From contig CAJINV010000003.1 in assembly GCA_905178155.1 (NCBI GenBank), forward strand, positions 7,673,882-7,737,881: a stretch of DNA of 64,000 nucleotides. The letters are read 5' to 3'. Positions 55,136 through 64,000 of the stretch are shown here, piece by piece. The notes below the pieces were generated by a model, which was given only the letters and a program-made list of their open reading frames with translations, was not told the DNA's origin and ran no database searches. How positions within the stretch are numbered: position 1 is the stretch's first letter; each line of letters opens with the position of its first letter. The translations under genes and the position numbers were made by a program. Source of the stretch: Amoebophrya sp. A120 (lineage: Eukaryota > Protista > Dinoflagellata).

Positions 55136-56314
55136 ATGAGCTCGACGTTTTCTGCAAGTGCGCGACTGCTGCATCCGCCAACGGTGATGGTTTTCCGGGC
55201 TTTCAACCAGCTGAGCGGCTCGATTCGTTCGCAGTACACGCGAAACCCGAACCTGGCGCCGCTCGGAGCGTCCTTTTGTTTGTTCGGATTGTCCGACGTG
55301 CTCGCGCAGACAGCCGAACGCCGGCACAACTCGGAGGGCCATGAGAACGGGCCGAGCGAAAACTTTGAAACCGAAAGTGAATCACGGGCCGCGCCCTCCC
55401 ATGGGACACCCGATGCAGGGCCGACGAGAATTGCTGCGGGGCCGCAAGAAGGGTTACTGACAACCCGCTCCGACGACCCGTTTTATTCCTGTCGTAGACT
55501 GGACGAAGCGGCTTTATGGGATTTTCGGCGCACGCTCGGGGTAGCGCTTTGCGCTCCTTTTTTTAATGGGGGGCCTCTGTTGTGGTTCCACCGCGCCCTG
55601 GACCGCTACATCGGTCCGGAAGCCAGTCTGCGCCGGGCGGTGCCGAAGATGCTCGCGGTGCAGTTTTTGTACATGCCAATTTCTACGCCAGCTTTCTTAT
55701 TTCTCTCCAAGTTCTTCGTCCTGGTGCTCGGCGGCGGGGGTGGTGGCATCGGCATCGGCCATGATGACAGTAGAAGAACTGCCTCGTGTAGTTCACCACG
55801 ACCGTCGACTGCGGAAGTTACAATGGTTATTTCCGCAGAGAGCAAAGTCGACGACACCGACGCTGGCGCCGCTTCGTTTTCGTCCAGCACGCCCATACAA
55901 AGCGCATTCGACACTGCGTACTCAGGAATGAGGGCGACCTTTTGGGAAAGCTACGTCGCGTCGTTTTTTTTCTGGCCTCTGAGCGATTTGCTAAATTTCA
56001 CGGTAATTCAGAGACGATTCGGACCCCATTTTCGCACAACGTGGGATTCGGTGGTGGATCTCGGCTGGAACTTTTACCTGTCTTCTGTCACTTTTCGCCG
56101 GGACCCCGAGTTTCTCAAGTGGTCCTCGTATTTCAAAGAAAAAGCACCGTCGAAAACAGAATTTTCCATCCTGCAACGTTTTGCTTTCGAGCTGAAAGAG
56201 CAACCTTCTGTTCAGGCCGAGCATCCGAGCTGGGAAAGCGACTTTCTACTTTCAGAAGGAGCCGAGATCTCAACAACACTCCAACATAACGAAGTATCGT
56301 TTTATTTTCTGTGA
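55136..56314 (+). CDS. Mpv17/PMP22 family membrane protein
   Basis: LFGLSDVLAQ, WDFRRT, KMLAVQFLYMP, FFWPLSDLLNF, LGWNFYLS. Confidence 0.85.
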   Translation: MSSTFSASARLLHPPTVMVFRAFNQLSGSIRSQYTRNPNLAPLGASFCLFGLSDVLAQTAERRHNSEGHENGPSENFETESESRAAPSHGTPDAGPTRIAAGPQEGLLTTRSDDPFYSCRRLDEAALWDFRRTLGVALCAPFFNGGPLLWFHRALDRYIGPEASLRRAVPKMLAVQFLYMPISTPAFLFLSKFFVLVLGGGGGGIGIGHDDSRRTASCSSPRPSTAEVTMVISAESKVDDTDAGAASFSSSTPIQSAFDTAYSGMRATFWESYVASFFFWPLSDLLNFTVIQRRFGPHFRTTWDSVVDLGWNFYLSSVTFRRDPEFLKWSSYFKEKAPSKTEFSILQRFAFELKEQPSVQAEHPSWESDFLLSEGAEISTTLQHNEVSFYFL

Positions 56315-56790
56315 GAGGTTTTTTTTTCCTTCCGTTTCACGTTGTGGCGTTGTTTTTTTCCCTAAATTTTGTCAATGGATTTCGATCGCAAGTATTTTTT
56401 CACCGAGATGTATCGATCAGTTTCAGGCTCACGAGCCAATTGGTCATATTCTGAAGGGGGAAGTAGCAACGCCCTGATTGAGTACTTAACAGGCAGTGCA
56501 GATGCGTACGCAGTTCCGTCATCGACACACGAAGATCCACCGCAGGGCCTGAGCCAGCAACTACAGTAGTTCTTGAAGCGACACGACTACAGCTTGCTTG
56601 AACAGTATGACTTACCCTTCTGTGCGATTTTTGGAACGCGGCAAAGAGTAGTTGATCGGCCCCATGTAGCACTGACCATGATAGTCAAAATCGAAAGCAG
56701 CAGGAGACGAGGCAGATAGAAATATGCTTGCCTCTGCGCCACCATATCACTGGACCTAGAAAGTTTATTTTTAGCCCGGGTTTTGTGCGC

Positions 56791-59700
56791 ATGAATCCTT
56801 TTCCCGTGGGGTACCAGCCCAGCCCGGAGCGGCTGGCCCGCTATCAAAGTGAAAAAAGCCCCCACCCCATATCGGAAACGAAGGATGCGCGAATTTGTGA
56901 TGCTGTATTTGAGTACACAAATCGACTTGTATTGCTAGAAGGCCAAGAGACGAAGCTGCGGCCTAAATTGCAGGTAATTTGTCATGCTGTTTCCCACTTC
57001 CAGTTGCCTCCTGTCATCCTGGAGCTGCAAGGCTTTCCCACGCTAGACAGCACTACAGTCCGCATCTTTTGCCTTCTAGCATCACAAAGCTGATTTGTGC
57101 TCACAAATCTGCATCACAGACTTCCGCTTTATGGGGAGGGGGGATTTTTCCTTATGATACCCGCGTCCGCGACTTCAGTAGCCCCTCGCCGTATCAAATG
57201 TAAAAATGTCTGGGTCTGGAAGAAATCAATTTGTGATGCTGCATTTGGATTCCAGAAGAATCTGTATTGCATGAGTACCAAAAGGAATGTAATTTTTGCT
57301 ACGCGGAGAGGGCATTTGTGATGTGGAATAGGCATCAAGAAGCTCTCAAAAAATCTGTGACGCTAGGGCATGCATCACAGACATCAGGGCTCATGCAAAA
57401 CGTGCATGACAAGTGTCAGAATCTTCCAGACCCAGACATTTTTACAGTTGATACGCCGCAACGAACACTGATTCCGCAGAAACAGCCGACGCATGGAAAC
57501 TTCAACCCGAACGTAAGCTACTTCGCGGTCAAGCGGCAATGGTCGAAGGAGCGCATTGTGCAGAAGAGAAGGTCCAAGGAGCGGATCAAGAATGCCAGAA
57601 CGCCGTGCGGCGCCTTGGCGTTTTACTTTCTGATGAAGTGGCAAAATCGGTTCCCCCATCTGTACGAGGTTTTTCTCCCGCCACGGAGCCGGCTGCTCCC
57701 GAAAGAGAAGTCCCAGGCCCACAATTACGCCGCGAACTTTCTGTGCGTGTTCCGGCTGGTGGTGACCGGTCTGCTTTGTTATTCGCTGGTACTGTGGAAC
57801 GAAAAGCTGGACCAGACGGTGGGGCTGTTTGAGGCCTCCTGCTACCTAGAGTCCTTCGAGACCCGGGGATGCAGCAGCCCCGAGGGGTGCGGCCTGATTG
57901 TTTCCGTTTTCGAGAAGGCCTCCGACGGAATCGGCTACACGGGGGAGCGCTACATGGCCCGGGACTTTTGGCCGGAGTTGAATACGGACTCCAACGCCAA
58001 GCTGGGCGAGGATTTTGTGGGCGAAGAGTTTCGTTGCTGCAAGGCGACTTCTTGCTGTGGATTCTCTACCACCACCACTACGACCACCACGGTGCAGACC
58101 ATGCTCACCTTGCTCGCCGACGAGCTGGCCGGCGGCACCACGGCGGCGCCGGCCAACACCGGGTGGCCGCGCACTTTCTGCGACAACTGGGGATCGGAGT
58201 GCAACGCGAAGCCGTGGCCCTGCTACCACACCGGGGTGGGCGGCAAGCGGACGGTGCAGAATCTGAAATACGGCGTGCCGGACTACGGAGAATCCGAGCT
58301 TACCGCCTTTCTCGTGTGCTTCGGGCTGCTGATGCTGTCTTTTTTCGCTTTCCTTCGCAAACTGGCCAACGCGGTTCTGCAGGATTTGTTTGGGATTTGC
58401 TGTTGTTGCCTGTTTGTGGACGTGGACGAAAATGGCATCCCGATTCGCAACGTGGCGGCGTTTCTCGCGCTACAGGAGCAGCAGGACCCCGTGCAGGAAG
58501 AAGTACCCGAGAACGCCATCGTGGACGAGGACGGAACCATCATGGTCGAGGACCCGGAGACCGGCTTGCTGTCGGTCTATGAGCCGCGACCGAACGTCGA
58601 GCCGCCTTGGAAGTACGCGCAGCGGGAGACGAAACGGACGTGGTGGGAGTGCCTCTTTCGCCTGAACGCGTGGGCCGCCCGCGGGAAGAGTGGACAAGCG
58701 CGCCAGGAGGAGCTGGATTCGGCTTTGGAGTGCAGGCGCGCGGAAAACAAGAGGGAACGCGAAGCCGAGGTGGCCTTTGAAGCGGCTCAGCAAAAGCGGA
58801 AACACGAGACCAAGCTGGAGAAAATGGTGCGACTGCTGAAGCGCAGGCACGAGAGCGAAAAGTTGCCCGTGACGGGTGTGCTGCTGCGCCCCATCGTGGA
58901 ACCGTTAGAGGAGACCTGGACCGCGAAACTGCGGCGGCAGAAGCTCCAGCAGGGCCGCAGCCGGCGGTTTGCGGAAGCGAGAACGCGGGACCGCGACCTG
59001 TACAAGCACGTGCAGCCGTTTAAATTTGACCCTGCGTTTTCGCGGCACGCGAGGGGTTCCGCCATGGAGCAGGGGGCGATGGCACTCACTTCGACCTTCC
59101 ACGGCCACTTCTCGCAGGTCCGCGACGGAAAGTTGCCTACGCTACTGGAGAGCAGCTTCACGCAGATTGGGCCGGACGGGCAGCCGCTGGTGCGAACGCC
59201 CCCGAATCGAGGGAAGCCGGAGAGCGAGTCTTCCTCGGGGAGCGTCGAAGAAGAGGGTCGTGACGCCGGTGGTGCAGCGGTATCGCGGCATTCTAGCAAA
59301 GGGCGGAGCCGACAATCCAGCAAAAGCCGGCCGAGCAAAGAAAAGGCGGTTGCGTCCGTCGACGATATCACGAAAAAACTGACCAATCTTTCCGGCAACG
59401 CGGTTGCGCGGGAAAAGTCGCGGCTCAAAATACCGCGCTTGAAGCAGCGCTCCTTTTCCTCCTCCGATGATGGTGGAGTAACAAGCGGCTCGAGCTCGCC
59501 GCGGTCTGCGCGTTCACACTCTCGCAGCAAGGAAACCGGTTGTGGCGGTGGCCCGCTGCAGCGGGGGTCAGTAGCGCTCGCGCGGCAAAAAACGGAAGCC
59601 ACCGATGGTGCTGCGCTTCCCCAGCAGAAGCCCGCGCAACAACAAGATCAGCAGCGCCGGTGCAGCGGTCCAGCGGTCCGCGCGCCCGCGTTGATTGCGA

Positions 59701-61511
59701 ATTCCTCCCGGGCGTCCGCCTCCGGTAGCGGTGCCCTGCCGGTCAACAAGCTGCTCACCTCCTTTGCGGCTAAACTCGCAAACAAAACGGAACCGAGCCC
59801 GGAAGGTAACGGACCAGCAAGCGGACAGAAGACCCAAATTGCGGCGCACCAACAGCCGGAGGAAACGACCAATAAGTTAAACATGAGCCTGACCGCAAAC
59901 GGGCTTCAGAACATGAGAGCGCTGTCGCTTATGATGAAAGTGCGGAAAAAACTCCAAGGCGGGCGCAGCGCGGCCACGCTGCAGAAGGCGCGCACTGCCG
60001 GCGTGTCGCAGATGCAAGGAGCGATCATGCGGAACCCATTCGATAGCGAACCGAACCTGATGGCGCAGCTCATGACGCAAAAGTTGACGCCCGGTGTGGA
60101 CTTGTTGCGAAAAGACTTCGCCGACAAGGGCAAGATCGACGTGGAACACCAGAAGGATGCCTTCGAGTGGCGCGCCATGCAGTTTGAAGACAATTTGCCG
60201 TTTGACTGCACCAATATGCGGTACAAGCCGGTTGTACTAAAAGCCGGTGAGAACAACAAGCAGAAGCACGACAACATGGAGCTGCACCAGGCCCCGCTGC
60301 AGCACATCGCGGGGAACCTGCAGGCGCCCTCGTTCGACCGGCGGCTCAAGGCGGACGCCTATCTCTTCCGCAAGTCCCAGCAGATGGCCACGCGGCTGTT
60401 GCGGTTTCTGCGGGGCAAAAACTACGACGAGGGACCGTCCCGGGTGGTCGACCAGGACTTCGCGCAGGGCTACCGCCTGTTTCTGCAGGATCCCCGTGCA
60501 AGAAGACTGAACAACAAGATCGACCCGAACGCGTCTCCGGAGCTCTACGCCGAACTGGAGCGAGAGCGGCGGGAAAAGGCGGACGCCAAGCGGCGTGCGC
60601 TCGAGCCGGCAACCAAGGAGTTCTCCCGACTCTTCAGGACAGCTGGTGAAGCTTCTTCTGCAAGAGCGTCCGATCGCGGTGCTGCCAGTGATCGTCAACG
60701 TACGGAAAAACCTAGAGACGGGCAGCATGATGACGCGACCTCATACACCATGGCTGCCGAGTATCAGGTCCCGGACCGGCGGGATGGCTTTTCGGCCGAA
60801 GTGCGCGCCATCTCGAATCCGGAGCTGCGGCGGTCCGCAGGAAAGGACTTGGATCGCCTAGTGTACGACGGTTACCGCGCGGCGGATTTGCAGATGGTGC
60901 CGCAGCGTCCCCTGCACTCGCCCACGGCGTCGCGGCTGCTAACTTTGCAGGCGCGGCGGACGGGTAACCGCAACACGATGATTGGTCGATTCGAAAACGT
61001 CCCCCACCGCGACGCGCACCCGGGGGACCGCGCGGGCCACCAGTTGCGGCTGCGGACCAAAGAGCAGTATTGGGACTTTGCGGACGAGATGTGGCGCCGG
61101 AAGGTGGACGAGATGCACAATCCGAATCGGACGGACGACGTCGCGCATACCGACTACCGTACCTTCCCCTGGGAGGCGGGCTACGAAAACAACGAAGTCG
61201 CTCAACACGACGGCGGCGAGAATGGAGCTGTCGGTGCGCATAAGCGGTCCAGCAGGCGGCGGAGCGCGAGTGCAGCTGCGAACAGGCAGAAACTGCGGAG
61301 TGAAACGGAAGAGGAGCGTTTTCGGCGGCTGCAGAAGGTACAGGTCCCCAACAAGCGGGCGGCGGTGGTGGTGCGCCAGGACTTCGGTGATGCACTCAAG
61401 CCTTCTAGGTTGGATCCGAAGCAAAAGGCGGATGTGCAAAGATTTCTGAAGCGGCAAGTTGCGCGAAACAAAAAATACGCAGCAGCAATCAACTCGGATT
61501 CGGATGATTAA
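56791..61511 (+). CDS. Large 2-TM protein with Cys-rich loop and long low-complexity tail (exons 56791-56841, 57165-57191, 57459-61511)
   Basis: Removing two introners gives MNPFPVGYQPSPERLAR|VRDFSSPSP|QRTLIPQK in frame with the long ORF. Confidence 0.8.
56842..57159. mobile_element. Introner with family A-type ends
   Basis: TATCAAAGTGAAAAAAGCCCCCACCCCATA ... TATGGGGAGGGGGGATTTTTCCTTATGATA; direct repeat CCCGC at 56837-56841 and 57160-57164. Confidence 0.88.
57192..57453. mobile_element. Introner with 32-nt TIR (31/32 match)
   Basis: TATCAAATGTAAAAATGTCTGGGTCTGGAAGA / TCTTCCAGACCCAGACATTTTTACAGTTGATA; direct repeat CGCCG at 57187-57191 and 57454-57458. Confidence 0.92.
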
Positions 61512-62608
61512 GATCAATTTTCGCGCAGATAAGAACAACTGCAGTGCCAATGTGTAGTAGTGCCCAAAATTCAGTACTTTCAACTTGATAGTCATTGTTA
61601 ACTTAATTCGGTTAAAATTGATGAACGGCAAACAGTAAAGTTGCAAGCCTATGGGTTTTCGTTTCTGTGCAACGCAGATTTCGTCTTTGTATGATTGTCT
61701 TGAGGTTATCACCTTGCTGTACAAATTTTATACCGACACTTTACTAATGTAGACATCGATGTTGAGAAATGTGCCTGAGCTGAATCTTGACGTAATCAAG
61801 ATTTGTTCACTTGGAAACCAAAGAATGAATGAGATGAACTGAAATGTACAATATTTGATTTTGAAGAGAGGGCACGATACGTGGAAAAAAAAAGAAACCG
61901 ATTTCCGCAGAGTGTGGAAACTAGCTGCTTTATTTCGTATTCCGAAGTGTGTTTTTGGTGTATGTCTAGGAGCAAGAGTCATATTTCACACAGTCTCGTA
62001 TCCAGCTGTACTACGATCGTCCATCTCCCAGGTCTCATCGTTTTCACTCTCTCAGAAAGTCGTGAATACAATAAAACGTCGGCACAGCAAGCACGTGCAC
62101 TGTATGCCGATGTGCGATGTCAAAGTTCTTTTCGTGCAATCGTCCAGCTTTTTTTTGCAAACTGATTCACCAAGTCGAATTCGTCCCAAGAAAACGTCGT
62201 CTAAGAAACCAAGTTTGATTTTTTACGTTCGTACGAAAAAGCACCTCAGTGCAGCAACGCTGGCGGAAATTTTCGTACTTCGTGCTGTACATTTTTTATC
62301 GCAATAAAATGCAAAATTGCAAGGCCATTTTTACCGACCTTTGTATTATGTTACACCCTTGAGTTCTAGGTAGAAGCCCTTTTTCCAATGCAAATTCTTT
62401 CTAAAAGACGCTCGCCCCATCTGAGCCGCGGCTTCGCGACCTGTAACGAGCTATAAACTTGTTTCCCCCAGCAGCAACGTGGCGCTTTACTGTATAATTA
62501 TGTGGTTGTGAATAACCCTTGACCAACCACCGTCCGCCATTCTACTGTGTGCCTTGACGTAGTGTAGTCCTCGTCCCATTCGGATCATCATATCCAGCCC
62601 ACGGGAAG

Positions 62609-64000
62609 ATGTCGGGAGGTTTTTTCATTGCGCCGAAGAACAAGGGGCCCAGCCGAGAGGAGGGTTTGGTGGCGATGCGGCGGTCGCTGGGGTTGGAAGT
62701 CGCCGAGGAGGAGCCCCCAGATCCGGTGGAGGAGAAGAAGTCGCGCAAGGGACGCAAGCTGCGAATCCTGGCGGAGATGGAGGCCGAGGAGGAGGCAAAG
62801 AAGCGCAAAAAGCCGAAGCCGCCGGCCACCATCATCGGCACGCTGACGCGCCCGATCCGGGACAAGTTCAAGGGCGTGGACGTGAAGCACGAGGTGAAGA
62901 ACTACGTGAAGAAGGAGCTTCTGCACCGGCGGAACTTTCGCGGCGGGGAGTTTTACCTCCGGGTGTTTTTGTTTTTGACCGCGGTGCTGTTCCTCATCCT
63001 GTACGAGATGCAGCAAGCGGCGGTGGCCAAGTACACGCTGGCTTTTTGCAAAATGAGTGGTTTCATGGAGCCCTGCGACAGCGGCGAGTGTTCGCTGATC
63101 ATCAGCGTGCGGACGATGGAAAACCCGGGCCTAGAGATCTACCAGCGCGGCTGGTTCCCGGAAACCGAGCCCGACGGCAACGACATCGTGTTCGTGGACA
63201 AGGAGATCTTCTCCTGCTGCCCGCTGTCCAACTGCTGCGGGTTCGCGTTCGAACCTCCCGGGCAGGAGGGGAGCCCGATGATTCAGCAGGTCTTCTGCGA
63301 CTCGGACGAGTTCGGGGGCGGCTGCGGGCCGGACCCATGGCAGTGCTACTTCGAGGAGTACCTCACGCCCTACGAGGTTACGGGCCTGCAGGTGGGCCGG
63401 CCCTGGGATGGCAGCGAGTTCGAAGTAATTTCCATCCTGTTCTGGGTATTCTTGATTCTCACCTACTGGCGAAAAATTTACGCGCTCTACAACGCGAGCA
63501 AGGAGTACGGCAAGAAAGCAGTGCTCTCGCTGCCGTGGTTTTTACGCGGGATCCTGTGGTGGACCCGATACGCCTTCGTCCACGTTTTCATGATCCCCGC
63601 AACAAAAGGTACAGATGTTTTCAGTTTTTTCTGTCGCATATGAAATTTGTACTTTAGGCATATTTCGCTTTTATCGACATTGTCGATAGGCATATTTCGC
63701 TTGGAACAATTGTCGTCCTAGCACATGATCGTCCGTGCATACGTGAGAAAAGTAGTTTTCGAGCAAGCAGAAAAGCAGCTATCGACGAAAAAACAAAAAT
63801 GAATTCCATAACAGCCATTGACGTGGTGAGCACAGTGTTTGGGATCCCGTTTCTCGTGGAGCGGCACAACGAGCGAATGATTTGGATCCGATGGATGAGC
63901 CAATTTGCGCAGCTCCCGGAACCACCCACGGAGAGCGAGAGCGAGGAGGAGCACCACACGGTCCAGGAGGTGGTGGAACATGTTATGGAAATCGTAAAGA
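62609..64000 (+). CDS. 2-TM Cys-rich-loop protein, paralog of the upstream gene; runs off the window
   Basis: Shared Cys pattern (C..CSLIISV..WFPE..FSCC..CCGF..FCD..PWQCY); GT-AG intron 63609-63814, then open frame AIDVVSTVFG... to the end. Confidence 0.75.

Overview
Eukaryotic, intron-containing genomic DNA. Co-oriented gene blocks and many non-GT-AG introns built as TAT...ATA inverted-repeat elements with 5-bp direct repeats point to the parasitic dinoflagellate Amoebophrya (inference). Left block (1-18 kb, minus strand): Kv-type K+ channel, FkbM-like methyltransferase, TTC12, histidine phosphatase. Right block (39-64 kb, plus strand): membrane protein, GGCT-like/low-complexity protein, ATP-grasp ligase, dynactin p62, Mpv17/PMP22, two paralogous 2-TM Cys-rich proteins. 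The divergent strand switch between the blocks holds a degenerate 31-bp-period repeat. Inserted into it is an ~18-kb Ty1/copia-type LTR retrotransposon (18744-36740, TSD CCTAG, TGTCA...TGACA ends) with 6497-bp LTRs, each carrying an intact 1424-aa ORF. Its internal region starts with cargo ORFs, including an MDM2-type RING protein, and its pol frame reads into the 3' LTR. A 100-N gap hides part of the interior, probably gag/protease/integrase. All calls come from reading the sequence by eye; no searches were run.
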